Of a stretch of DNA of 54,838 nucleotides, positions 44,036 through 53,970 are shown piece after piece. The position numbers and the translations under genes were made by a program. The DNA is from a virus (Duplodnaviria > Heunggongvirae > Uroviricota > Caudoviricetes): IMG/VR virus record IMGVR_UViG_3300044981_000022, positions 64,001 through 118,838 of that record, one strand, 5' to 3'. A model generated the notes under the pieces. It was not told the origin of the DNA. It saw only the letters and a list, made by a program, of their open reading frames with translations, and ran no database searches. Position 1 is the first letter of the stretch; every line of letters begins with the position of its first letter.

Positions 44036-47000
44036 TGGGTCCAGATCAGTCAACAGATTTAACGACTACAAATCAACCTGCGGGTACAACCAGCATCAAA
44101 GACGGCATTGCATATGATGTTTCAGGCAAGCCACTAGGACGGGCTAATATCCCTAATGATCAACCTGCGCCGAAAGACGATTCTTTCTTCCAGCAGCTAG
44201 GCGGTAAGCCGGTTCAGCCAGCAGAATCGACTGCGCCGAAGGACGATAGTTTCTTTCAGCAGCTAGGTGGGAAGCCCGTCCAAGCTATAGATCAAAATGC
44301 TGAATTAGAGAAGCAAGGCTTTGCTGTTCCGGGTCCTCAACACAACTGGCTGTATAACAATATCGGTGCTGGTTTGTATAATGATGCAAAGAGAGTTAAA
44401 GATGCGTTGCTTGCAAACGAGGGACCGGGCTGGTTTCCTTACGATATAGCTCAAAAGTTTAGTCCTCCACCCCCTATAAAAGAAGCAACGGATGAAGAAG
44501 CTATAGCGAGATTGAAGGCTCGTAACGCATCAACTGCGCCGGACCAGGTTGAGATAGAAAAAGAACACATCAATCGTGCTCGTCATGATGCCCCGTTCGA
44601 AGAACGAAACGCAAAAGCGTACTCACAAGGAGAGCAGAGATTAATCTCTCCTGAAGCGGCGATGACCGTAGACGAACGTAAAGCTCATCCAATTCTATAT
44701 GGTGCGCTTCGCGCTGTTGGAAACTTGACAACAGAAGATAACGCCATGTTATTTATGGGTTCAGGTGGTGCAAACGAGTTAGCTGAGTTAGCAAAGATAT
44801 CTCCGGCGCTAGCTGCACCTGGGATATCTCTGGGTGATGCTGCTCTTAGAACCGTAGGTTCGGCATTGACTAAGCTTCCGAGAGCTATAAGTTTATACTT
44901 TGCCGGTGGGATGGCTCACGGAGTTTGGAACAGTCTCCCAGGCGTAGCCCAAGCTAAAAAAGACTATGACCAAGCGGTAGCCGCAGGAGACCGAGAGAAA
45001 GCCGATCAGATTCTCCGTACAGCACAAGAAAACACAACCGAATCGGCTGTCAACGCGTATTTTGCTTACGCGGCTGCGCACCACGGGTTAACAGGTAATG
45101 TAGACCCGATTACGGGTAAGGTAGCCGAAACCGTATCTGATGCAAAGGATATTGCTGCGGAACAAGGCTTGCAAGCGGTTGACAAGACCGGAGCAGCAAT
45201 TAAGACCGCTGCTGGAGCAGTAGGTAAAGTATCCGACGCTGTTCAGGGTAAGGCTTCTACACCTACCGACGCTATAATGCGTTTCTTGAATGTGCCTGAA
45301 AAGAAGAAGCCTGTGATGAGAAAGAAGGTTGAGGATGTAATAAACGATCTTCAGGCTATTCATGCTGACAATAAAGAAACAATCGAAGACCCGGCTAGTT
45401 TTGCCGCAGCTATTAAGGACCATAATCAAGAACAAGAAGCTGCGATGCAACAAGCGTCTGGGGTTGAAAGATTTTCATCGGAACCGGTTGTTCCCGATTT
45501 ACAGAAGAGAATTACAGATAGATTGAATGATTTCTTTAGAGAGACTCAAGGTAAGTATACCGCGTCTGAGGTTGCAGAAGCGAAGAGACAGATTCTAGAA
45601 AGAGTACTTCAGAGCAGGAACGGTCAGCACCTACAGGACCCCAATCTATTCGAAGCAGAGAATGTTAGACAAGGACTGAATGATATAAGTCAAACCGCGT
45701 TCGATGTCGGTACCGGAAAATTCATGCCTAAGAACGCACACCAAGCTGCGGCATATGAAATTGCCAACTTGATGCGTGAAGTCATTGACGAGAGCTATGA
45801 CAACCACGGGGTTGAAAATGTTAAACAGTACCGTCAGAAAGAAGCTAAGTTAATAGATGTTGCTAAAGCTATGTCAGATATGCAGGGCAAAGCCGAAGCG
45901 ATGGGCCAGCCTGGGTGGTTCAAGGCGTTGTTTAGCAAAGCAACAGGGTTAGAGTCTGCTTTAGCGATAGGTACAACTCTTGCGACACACTCGATACCGG
46001 GCGGTGCAGCGGTTCTTGCTCCTGCGGTTATCGGAAACAAGATATATCAGAATTTTAAGAACCCGATTGCTAATGTCAACCGTTTCGGAGAGCTAGCAAA
46101 CCCTGACGCAAAAGCAACCGAAGTTAATGTTCGTCCGTCAACCCCGCCATCAATTGATCACAAACTATACGCTACATTGTCTTCATACTACGGAAAGATT
46201 GTCGGAACCGTCCCGTTTGAAGATTTGGAGAATATGTTCACCGCCGAGGCTCAACAGGCTTATGAGCGGGGATCGTTGACTCCAGAACAATCTAGAAAGG
46301 GATTCCAGCAGCTACTAGAAAAAGTGAACGAGTCTAAGGCTACGCAGCGTGCGAAGCTGGATGAGGAACAAAAGCAACAGCAGTTAGAGCAGCAGAAAGC
46401 TGCCGAGAAGCAGGCTGCGGAAGACCAGAAGCAGGCACAGAAGGCACAAACTGACCGCGAGAAAGCGGTAGAAGAAGCTGAAAAGAAGAAGCAAGAACAA
46501 GCTGCGGCAGGTTTGATAACCACACAGCACCCACCATTTGAAACCACCGAACACATCCCTGTTCCAGCAAGATTCGCTGAAATGGGCTATACCCCTCAGA
46601 GAGTCGGTGCACACGAGCTAGCTCACCAGATTATAGTTGATCTCCACGGTCATGGAACCGGAGATATTATCAATCATCTTCATGATCAAATCGATTCTGG
46701 AAGTCTAGCAGAAGCTAGATGGGAAAAGCCAGAGTTCCAGGATGAAGACGGTAACTTTAAGACCGAGAAGTTACCAGAGTTACTAGAGATTCTTCACGCT
46801 GGAGTTGTCGCAGAAGAACTACTGCACGATGTTCCTCTACACGAGAACGCTGCGGACGATTTAGACATCGCTAGAAGGATTTTGAAGGACGCTGGATTAA
46901 CCCCAACCGAAGCCGGAATGATGATGAAGGCTGCGGAGATGAACGTTCGAAACACATTAACTCAACCTGGGGTTCTAGACATCATTAAGAGATATACAGA

Positions 47001-50000
47001 GCACCGCGAAGCGGGACTAGATAAGGACACTCATATGTCCGCCGAGACAGTCGGCAAAGCTGTGCAGGAAGTAAGACATGCTACCGGAAGAGGCGGAAAG
47101 ACCGGAGAGGGAGAAGGTGGTATAAATGAGAATGATAACAAAGCACGACCTGGCGAAGAAGGCAAGACAAGCGATTCAACAGATGAACCCGGAGGAGAAA
47201 GCAAAGCTACGCCAGCAGTTAAGGAAGAAATACGACCTGCCGGAGAGACCGGAGCCGGACCTGGAAAAGGAGGAAAGACCAATCTCCGAGTAGAAGATGA
47301 GGACGAAGACGAGGAAGAAAGAAATCGAACAGCTTGGAGTCCTATAGGAAAACAACTAGAAGAATCAGGTGCTCCGTGGGAACCCATAAGACCGCGCCCT
47401 GTGTGGAACGAAAAAACCCAATCTTGGGAAAACGCTAAACAGGGCGGTCACGCTGGCGGCGGAGTAGCTTCAGAAGAGGAGTTGTCAAGACCGGGTAGAT
47501 TTGTTAAGATTAGTCGTTCGGGTATGCCTACAGATCAAGGTAAAACCCCTGACTTTAATCTTGCTGCGGGAGAGGCCGGGTATCAGGTGAAACCGGACGG
47601 CACATACGAATTGAAAGCAGGACAGGAAACTCCGGCGACGAAGCGAGGGGTTGAACAATATTCTAAAGGCGTATTCAATACTAACTTGAAACCAAAGACT
47701 GCAAAAGAAACCATCGAAGATGAAGGACTAGTTCATAAAGGTGAATTAGTCGCAGGTTCTAACGTTCATATGTTCGAGCACCCAGAGCATCCGGGGAAGA
47801 CTGCGGCGTTGCAGACTCCGTTTACTGGAGAAGACGTAACAAACAAAATGAGATCGAAGCTGGATGAGTTCGGGGTTAACCCAAATCCAGTTAAGACAAA
47901 TTTGAAGCCTCAAACAGAAGAAACGGATACTGAATTAGAGAATCTAGCCAAAGAACACGGCGTAAGAAACGTTAACCAAAACGCTGGATTTCGAGCTAAG
48001 GGTTCGTTAGAGCAAGTTAAGAATTTTGCTAACGCTGCGGACAAAGCGGGTTATAAGCTGTGGGATTACACTGACAACGGCTATGACGCATCTATTCTAG
48101 CTAAGAAGCGAACTATTGCCGAACACGCTGACGAATTCAACCGTTTAAATCAACGTCCTTTGATAGACACAAAGACTACACCACACGATCCAGAATTTGC
48201 GAAGCGTGTCGCTGATGCCTATGATCAGATGCAGCATACTCCTAATGATCCAAAGACTCAGCAAGCTTATCAAGCCATGAAGAACGACGTTGATAAGCAA
48301 TGGGACTACGCCACAAATAAAATGGGTGTGAAGTTCGAGCCTTGGAATAAACAAGATCAACCGTATGCTAATTCTAAAGAAATGGTTGACGATGTAAGAA
48401 ATAATAAGCATTTGTATTTCTTCCAAGGCGGGGATTTGCCGGAGGGCAATCCGTTGGCTGAAGTCGATCCTAAGACAGGATTGACGTATAACGATAAGTT
48501 CCGTGCGGTTCACGATTTGTTCGGTCACGCTGCGCAAGGCAATCAATTTGGTCCGAAGGGCGAGGAAGTAGCATATCAGTTGCATCGTCAGATGTTTTCA
48601 CCTGAAGCTATTCCGGCGTTAACAACCGAGACCCGTGGACAGAATTCATGGGTAAACTACGGAAAGCATCTACGCGATGAACAAGGAAACGTTCCTGCAA
48701 AGGGCGAACAAGGATTTATTCCACAAACTGAGCGTCCGTATGCAGAACAGAAGACAGGGTTGTTGCCAGAAGAATTCCACGGCACAGGACCTGCACAGAT
48801 TAAGACAAATCTAAAGCCGGGTACGTTAGCAGAAGCAACGCAAGACGCTAAAGAAGGACTAGATAGATTAGCAGAACACTTCGGTATATCTTCAGATGCC
48901 AGCAAAGCTGGCGAAGGCGCGTCACTGATTACACCTGAAGGTAAATTTATTCATCTATCGGGTAGCGACCATCCGGCAGCGATAAATATTGTGGCCGGTT
49001 ATACTCCTCAAGAGTATTCAGCAGATAATAGAGTGCCATTCATAAATGAATCCGGCGCAGTCCGCTCGAACTTTACAACCGGAAAAGCAGGCCCGACTTT
49101 AAGCTTTTCGGTTCCTAAGACTGGATTGAATCCGAAACAGATCGAAAGTATGAAACAAGCGGTTCGAGAAGGATTGCCGGAGTACGGGCAGCTACGTATA
49201 GAGACTGCGGATAATCCAACCAACCTGAAGAACTCGATTAAGGACTTCGCAACTGAACAAGATGTAGAACCGATGCTACGTGAGATCGGTGCTCTTCCGC
49301 AAACCGCATCTGCTGCATTGAATCGTAATGTTCGCGGAACAGTAGATCAGACAGTAGCTGGAGCGGAACAACAAGGTGCTGCGGCTAATCAGGCACGAGA
49401 ACAAGAATTGAATAAGTTCTATACCCCCGGTGGGGCACTTAAGTTAAATTTGAAGCCAGCGGCTCAAACTGAGCAGCGACCAGTAGGATCGACTGTTAAA
49501 TTGCTAGACAATCCGCTGAAGGTTCAAGGAACTGGTCAAGGTGGAGAAATTCTAGCTACCGATGTTGCAAAAGCTTTAGCTAATTATACCACAAAGAAGT
49601 TGCCTGCATTAGAACAGAACACAGCGCGTCCTGCGGACATAGTTGCCCGAGCAAAGCGTCTGATGGAAGACGAAGCCAAGTACCAGCTTAGTCAGAACAA
49701 CGCCGGAGCAGAGTGGTATACCAAAGATATCGCAGAACACGATCAGATTTTGCAGAACGAGATGCGTCCTGAATTAAAGGACCCGGCTAAACTAAGTATG
49801 TTTAAGATGGCAGAGGCTATCTTGAGTGCTGGAAACAATCCTATAAACAACTTCGAAGCTGCGCTGTTGGCGTCAGACACCTACCGCGAAACCGGAGAGT
49901 TTCCTCACAAGAACCCTAACACCAATCAACCGTGGGGTAGATACGGTGTTAAAGCGTATGGGGACGCTCTACAGCGATTAAACGACCTAATCCATGACAA

Positions 50001-50469
50001 GGGCGAAGCCGGAGCGTCAGAGTGGCTATTAGCCGATCATCCGGTAAGTGAACTTAAACAGATTAATCCCTGGGTTGCTGGTAAGCCTGATGAGATGCAG
50101 CCGGGTACAATGATCTTTGGCCCGAAGCGAGGACCGTTCGCTTTGAATCTTCACGGCAAGGAAGCCGCATTTACTGCCGATCAGTGGGTAGATCGTAGTT
50201 GGAACCGATGGATGGGTACGGTTAAAATTGGGCCGGATGGGTTGCTGAACGATAAAGTGAGTCCGGTTGAGCGACGTTTGATGCATCAATCTTTTAATGA
50301 AACTGCGCAAAAGTTAGGTATTACTACAAGTAGCTTACAAGCAGTTATGTGGTACTACGAACAAGCTTTGTACGATAAGCATGGGGTTCCAACGACTCCG
50401 AAGAGTTTCTCGGAAGCCGCAAGAGCCGCACGAGATAGAGAATTTTCTACATTGAAATTTAAGGAATAA
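44035..50469 (+). CDS. Giant ejection/polyvalent protein with HExxH metallopeptidase-like domain
   Basis: 2144 aa; DDSFFQQLGGKP repeats; GAHELAHQ...GVVAEE zincin-like motif; FRAVHDLFGH...ETRGQNSWVNYG domain; C-terminal ADQWVDR...LQAVMW domain. Confidence 0.7.
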   Translation: MGPDQSTDLTTTNQPAGTTSIKDGIAYDVSGKPLGRANIPNDQPAPKDDSFFQQLGGKPVQPAESTAPKDDSFFQQLGGKPVQAIDQNAELEKQGFAVPGPQHNWLYNNIGAGLYNDAKRVKDALLANEGPGWFPYDIAQKFSPPPPIKEATDEEAIARLKARNASTAPDQVEIEKEHINRARHDAPFEERNAKAYSQGEQRLISPEAAMTVDERKAHPILYGALRAVGNLTTEDNAMLFMGSGGANELAELAKISPALAAPGISLGDAALRTVGSALTKLPRAISLYFAGGMAHGVWNSLPGVAQAKKDYDQAVAAGDREKADQILRTAQENTTESAVNAYFAYAAAHHGLTGNVDPITGKVAETVSDAKDIAAEQGLQAVDKTGAAIKTAAGAVGKVSDAVQGKASTPTDAIMRFLNVPEKKKPVMRKKVEDVINDLQAIHADNKETIEDPASFAAAIKDHNQEQEAAMQQASGVERFSSEPVVPDLQKRITDRLNDFFRETQGKYTASEVAEAKRQILERVLQSRNGQHLQDPNLFEAENVRQGLNDISQTAFDVGTGKFMPKNAHQAAAYEIANLMREVIDESYDNHGVENVKQYRQKEAKLIDVAKAMSDMQGKAEAMGQPGWFKALFSKATGLESALAIGTTLATHSIPGGAAVLAPAVIGNKIYQNFKNPIANVNRFGELANPDAKATEVNVRPSTPPSIDHKLYATLSSYYGKIVGTVPFEDLENMFTAEAQQAYERGSLTPEQSRKGFQQLLEKVNESKATQRAKLDEEQKQQQLEQQKAAEKQAAEDQKQAQKAQTDREKAVEEAEKKKQEQAAAGLITTQHPPFETTEHIPVPARFAEMGYTPQRVGAHELAHQIIVDLHGHGTGDIINHLHDQIDSGSLAEARWEKPEFQDEDGNFKTEKLPELLEILHAGVVAEELLHDVPLHENAADDLDIARRILKDAGLTPTEAGMMMKAAEMNVRNTLTQPGVLDIIKRYTEHREAGLDKDTHMSAETVGKAVQEVRHATGRGGKTGEGEGGINENDNKARPGEEGKTSDSTDEPGGESKATPAVKEEIRPAGETGAGPGKGGKTNLRVEDEDEDEEERNRTAWSPIGKQLEESGAPWEPIRPRPVWNEKTQSWENAKQGGHAGGGVASEEELSRPGRFVKISRSGMPTDQGKTPDFNLAAGEAGYQVKPDGTYELKAGQETPATKRGVEQYSKGVFNTNLKPKTAKETIEDEGLVHKGELVAGSNVHMFEHPEHPGKTAALQTPFTGEDVTNKMRSKLDEFGVNPNPVKTNLKPQTEETDTELENLAKEHGVRNVNQNAGFRAKGSLEQVKNFANAADKAGYKLWDYTDNGYDASILAKKRTIAEHADEFNRLNQRPLIDTKTTPHDPEFAKRVADAYDQMQHTPNDPKTQQAYQAMKNDVDKQWDYATNKMGVKFEPWNKQDQPYANSKEMVDDVRNNKHLYFFQGGDLPEGNPLAEVDPKTGLTYNDKFRAVHDLFGHAAQGNQFGPKGEEVAYQLHRQMFSPEAIPALTTETRGQNSWVNYGKHLRDEQGNVPAKGEQGFIPQTERPYAEQKTGLLPEEFHGTGPAQIKTNLKPGTLAEATQDAKEGLDRLAEHFGISSDASKAGEGASLITPEGKFIHLSGSDHPAAINIVAGYTPQEYSADNRVPFINESGAVRSNFTTGKAGPTLSFSVPKTGLNPKQIESMKQAVREGLPEYGQLRIETADNPTNLKNSIKDFATEQDVEPMLREIGALPQTASAALNRNVRGTVDQTVAGAEQQGAAANQAREQELNKFYTPGGALKLNLKPAAQTEQRPVGSTVKLLDNPLKVQGTGQGGEILATDVAKALANYTTKKLPALEQNTARPADIVARAKRLMEDEAKYQLSQNNAGAEWYTKDIAEHDQILQNEMRPELKDPAKLSMFKMAEAILSAGNNPINNFEAALLASDTYRETGEFPHKNPNTNQPWGRYGVKAYGDALQRLNDLIHDKGEAGASEWLLADHPVSELKQINPWVAGKPDEMQPGTMIFGPKRGPFALNLHGKEAAFTADQWVDRSWNRWMGTVKIGPDGLLNDKVSPVERRLMHQSFNETAQKLGITTSSLQAVMWYYEQALYDKHGVPTTPKSFSEAARAARDREFSTLKFKE

Positions 50470-50471
50470 CA

Positions 50472-50648
50472 ATGATTAAACCTAGCGATTTAAGAAAACA
50501 AGCAGAAGAACTAATCCAGTCAGGGTATATGCCGAAACTTGAAGACCTACTTCAAGCGGTCGCAGAGACTCGTCAAAAATACAAACCACAGATTGAGGCT
50601 TCACAAAATGAAACTATCCCCGGCTCTGATGCTTTAGCCGGAAAATAA
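50472..50648 (+). CDS. Small hypothetical protein (58 aa, absent from ORF track)
   Basis: AAGGAA RBS; MIKPSDLRKQAEELIQSGYMPKLEDLLQAVAE...; overlaps the end of the convergent gene. Confidence 0.5.
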   Translation: MIKPSDLRKQAEELIQSGYMPKLEDLLQAVAETRQKYKPQIEASQNETIPGSDALAGK

Positions 50649-51308
50649 TTCCATATATGTCACAACTGGAAAAGGTTGTCCATCAGCCCACCCGTATACG
50701 CGCCAAGCGGCTTTTAATTCTTCAGAGGGCGGTCCGTATGTTTTTGTGTTATAAGGAATATTATGAGTTTCTTTAAAGCCGAATGCTTTATACATTTTTT
50801 GTAGTTGTCCGCCGACATTCCAAGCATTTAATTTTTTCGCTCCGTGTCTAATCGCGTCTGGGACGACAAATCGTAGAGCGGTGTTTTTCCAAGGGCCGTT
50901 ATTGACTATTCCGGCTAGCTCTCCATCTGGAGAGATTCCATAATAAATGTCGGTTTCGAATCCTTGAATTAACAGTTCGTATCTTTGATAAGTTTTTAAT
51001 TGTTCTACTGTTGCATCGGTCAATGTAGCTGCTTGTGAATTCGCATCTAGAGCCTGCCGAAACTCTTTTGCCGATACTGTTACGAACTTATGTTTTTCTA
51101 AACTATCGATTTCGGTAGTTGTATAACTAGATAGAATTTTAGCTGTTCGCTTTAAAGTCTCATAAGGGATTCGGATACCGCCCATACCATCAAAAGCGAA
51201 ATAGTGTTTGTTAACAGCTAAATACACCATAAGACTCAAGTCATTTAATGGTATAAGATTTCGCAATTTCTGTTCTTCGCTTTCAATTTTAATTAGCTCG
51301 ATGCTCAT
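50634..51308 (-). CDS. Hypothetical protein with GNAT-like C-terminal domain
   Basis: GELAGIVN...AIRHGAKKLNAW...LQKMYKAFGFKE resembles GNAT motif B. Confidence 0.55.
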   Translation of the reverse strand: MSIELIKIESEEQKLRNLIPLNDLSLMVYLAVNKHYFAFDGMGGIRIPYETLKRTAKILSSYTTTEIDSLEKHKFVTVSAKEFRQALDANSQAATLTDATVEQLKTYQRYELLIQGFETDIYYGISPDGELAGIVNNGPWKNTALRFVVPDAIRHGAKKLNAWNVGGQLQKMYKAFGFKETHNIPYNTKTYGPPSEELKAAWRVYGWADGQPFPVVTYMELFSG

Positions 51309-51316
51309 GCAATCTC

Positions 51317-51856
51317 CTAAAGTTTAATATCCGATTCGATCTCATTACCCCAACTATCCCATCCTATCGGCTTTGTTCTAGAGAATAGTACAATTCGTGA
51401 TAAGTCTCCCATTAGAGTTATTATGCGGTCTCGGACTTCATCTGGTTTTTGACTATGCTGTCGAATAGGACTACGGAGCACTTGTCTTACTGACGCAGAT
51501 ATACGTTTTGGTCTACCTTTAATACCTAACAAAACAATCTCGGCGTTTGCGCGGGTCCAATTACCCATACCAAAGAAGTCTGTTTCAGATTTTTTGTTTG
51601 TTTTGACCCAGACAAAAGCAACTGTTTTATATTCGAATCCCCAAGCTTTCATAACATTAAAAGCATCAGGAAGCATAGGCATAGTAGCCCACATAAATAA
51701 AACGCAATCTTCATCTGCTAAATTCGAGATCGGTAAATTGCAAATGTCTTTAGTACTTAAAAGACTATATTTGTAGTATGCTCCACGTTCTCCTGCTGAT
51801 GCTTTGTCTTTATAACTCCACGGCGGATCAGCGTAAATAATTTTGTATTTTTTCAT
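51317..51856 (-). CDS. MT-A70 family N6-adenine methyltransferase
   Basis: YKIIYADPPW; LFMWAT; WGFEYKT..FVWVK; FGMGNWTRANAE..LLG; HSQKP. Confidence 0.92.
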   Translation of the reverse strand: MKKYKIIYADPPWSYKDKASAGERGAYYKYSLLSTKDICNLPISNLADEDCVLFMWATMPMLPDAFNVMKAWGFEYKTVAFVWVKTNKKSETDFFGMGNWTRANAEIVLLGIKGRPKRISASVRQVLRSPIRQHSQKPDEVRDRIITLMGDLSRIVLFSRTKPIGWDSWGNEIESDIKL

Positions 51857-52125
51857 GCTATTATTCTATACAAATTCTGAAGTTTTGTCAACATCTGATT
51901 CAGGGTGCGCAAAATGAAACTGTCCCTGGCGCGGACGCACTTAGCGGGAAGTAACAGTGAATACTTCTCTCCGGAGTTCGTCTTTTCAACTGACAACGAC
52001 AGATTGATGCGGTGGAGCATCTCCGCGTCACCCCCGATCATACGGATGATATGACGGTATGTCTCCGACTGCATCAATCTGTCGCGTTTTAGTTCCCATT
52101 TAGTCTTTTCGATCTTCTTAAGCAT
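51853..52125 (-). CDS. Hypothetical protein
   Basis: 90 aa; overlaps its neighbours in the operon. Confidence 0.45.
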   Translation of the reverse strand: MLKKIEKTKWELKRDRLMQSETYRHIIRMIGGDAEMLHRINLSLSVEKTNSGEKYSLLLPAKCVRARDSFILRTLNQMLTKLQNLYRIIA

Positions 52126-52126
52126 G

Positions 52127-52444
52127 CTAGTCTATTTTGCTAATACTTAGAATACAAAAGTCTCGATTTAAACACGCACAGGACATAGCGCACGGCGTAT
52201 TACGCGAGGTTATGTACGTGATTTTAAATGCTTGTTCCCTTCCGGTATAGGCACCTTCTGTTTGATCAAATTCTTGCAGTACTAGTGTATCTCCCACTTT
52301 ATAATCTCGTTCATCAAGAATACGAATATCGTGAGTTTTGATTCCGGCTACTGCGGCTTCAAATAAATATGTCCAAGATTTAACTTTGTGTTCGCTCATG
52401 TTTTCCACCATCGCCCTTCGCAGTCCTGAATCATTGTTGGACAA
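52127..52444 (-). CDS. ASCH/DUF3850 domain protein
   Basis: HKVKSW..LFEAAVAGIKTHDIR..DERDYKVGDTLVLQEF...YTGRE. Confidence 0.85.
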   Translation of the reverse strand: MSNNDSGLRRAMVENMSEHKVKSWTYLFEAAVAGIKTHDIRILDERDYKVGDTLVLQEFDQTEGAYTGREQAFKITYITSRNTPCAMSCACLNRDFCILSISKID

Positions 52445-52578
52445 GATTCCTTCAATGGTTGTCCATGTTTATATAAAGGCTGTCCGCAGCTACATCGAGA
52501 TTCATGGCTTGTTCGTATAAATGTTTTCCAATATTTCGGATCAACATTATCCCAACTCTCGACCTGGTTAACCTTCAT

Positions 52579-53970
52579 TTAAAACTCGTCGTAACTCTGC
52601 GCCCGTTGACGGATTTCCTTCAACGAATATTCCTTCTTGATCTCTCCGTTTTCAAACACAGTTTCAAGCATGTTCCCAGGTTCTTCTACAGTGTCGTCAA
52701 CCCGTAGAGTAATAAAACGACCACTGGTGTTCTTGACTGCGAACCGCCCACCCTTAGATTGTTTGGACATATCCGTCTTTGGAGTTTTGAAGACATCGTG
52801 CCATTTTCCGTCGATATTGATCGCAGACGCCTTGAATGCGAACTTCTGGGTGTCGCGGTTCACGGACTGCAACAGTGCTCCACCCATGCCGAACGCTAGA
52901 TTATCCATCGACCACCCGGCTTCGTTGATTCCACGGACAATCTGATTGATTGAGTGGTAATTTACGCCGTCTCCCTGGATTACTCGGACACAAGGAGCTA
53001 GGACCTTGTAGCCCTTAGCGTTTGTTTCCCCGCCGAACTTCTCCCATAATCCATCAAATGTCTGTAGGATTACCGGCAACGGGTCGCCGGAGTCCGGACG
53101 GACAACCAATGTGCCCTGCCTACTGACAACTTCATCTCGTAGTTGCTCTCCCCAGATTCTTTCGACCGCGTTCCGCAGATCATAGCTATCTGAGACACAT
53201 GCAACTAAACCTTTAGGATATTTCTGGAGTATATTACGGTATGCGTCGGCTTCGTGATCCTTGCCCCAACTAGTGATTGTTGAGTGCTCTGATGCGGGGA
53301 TCGAAAACCCCGCCATCGGATGATTGTAAAATTGATCGGCTAATTCGATAGCCGCTAATGTGTCTGTGCCCTGGAAGTTTACTAGATGAGCCAGCCCACC
53401 GATTGCTGCGGATTCTTCTGAACTAACCCCACGATATCCGAAGTCATGTAATTTAAACGGTAACAATCCAGGGATACCGGTCTTGACTAACGATTTGCCA
53501 ATGGCTTGTCGAATTTGACGACTTAATGTGCCAACCGTAATCGGGTACCAAACTTTCAGAAGTAAGGTTTCGATCCAGTTTGTCAGCCACGGGAACTCCG
53601 GATCGGTATTTTCTACAGTGATTAAAGCGTTGTGATTATTGACAACATGGCCTTCGGGAACCGCACGGATACGTAAAGGAAGAACCCCAAAATGCTTATC
53701 AAACATACTCAGCCATCCGGATTTGTTGAATAATCCAGGGTCTCCAAAGTGCTCTGCTGAATATTGATACGCCTCCTCAATATCTGATTTTGAATAAAAT
53801 GTACCTTGAAGATATTCCTTTAGATAATATTGCAACCCGATAATTTCGACACGATCAAACATCCCACCCCGTGACTCCAGATAAGAATACAAATATTGTG
53901 TCCCTGGAGGATACTGCCGGTAATGTGTTATTTTGTATGAGTCTGTTTTAAGAAGCGGATTGTGTCGCAT
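52579..53970 (-). CDS. nadV: Nicotinamide phosphoribosyltransferase (NAMPT)
   Basis: LKTDSYK..H..QYP; LHDFGYRG; SIPASEHS; VSDSYD; VVRPDSGDP; RVIQGDG; FGMGGALLQ.VNRDTQKFAFK. Confidence 0.97.
   Translation of the reverse strand: MRHNPLLKTDSYKITHYRQYPPGTQYLYSYLESRGGMFDRVEIIGLQYYLKEYLQGTFYSKSDIEEAYQYSAEHFGDPGLFNKSGWLSMFDKHFGVLPLRIRAVPEGHVVNNHNALITVENTDPEFPWLTNWIETLLLKVWYPITVGTLSRQIRQAIGKSLVKTGIPGLLPFKLHDFGYRGVSSEESAAIGGLAHLVNFQGTDTLAAIELADQFYNHPMAGFSIPASEHSTITSWGKDHEADAYRNILQKYPKGLVACVSDSYDLRNAVERIWGEQLRDEVVSRQGTLVVRPDSGDPLPVILQTFDGLWEKFGGETNAKGYKVLAPCVRVIQGDGVNYHSINQIVRGINEAGWSMDNLAFGMGGALLQSVNRDTQKFAFKASAINIDGKWHDVFKTPKTDMSKQSKGGRFAVKNTSGRFITLRVDDTVEEPGNMLETVFENGEIKKEYSLKEIRQRAQSYDEF

Noticed and set aside
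44893-50310. Many minus-strand ORFs antisense to the giant protein
   Set aside because: Shadow ORFs of a long coding sequence with low-complexity mirror composition and no RBS or motifs.
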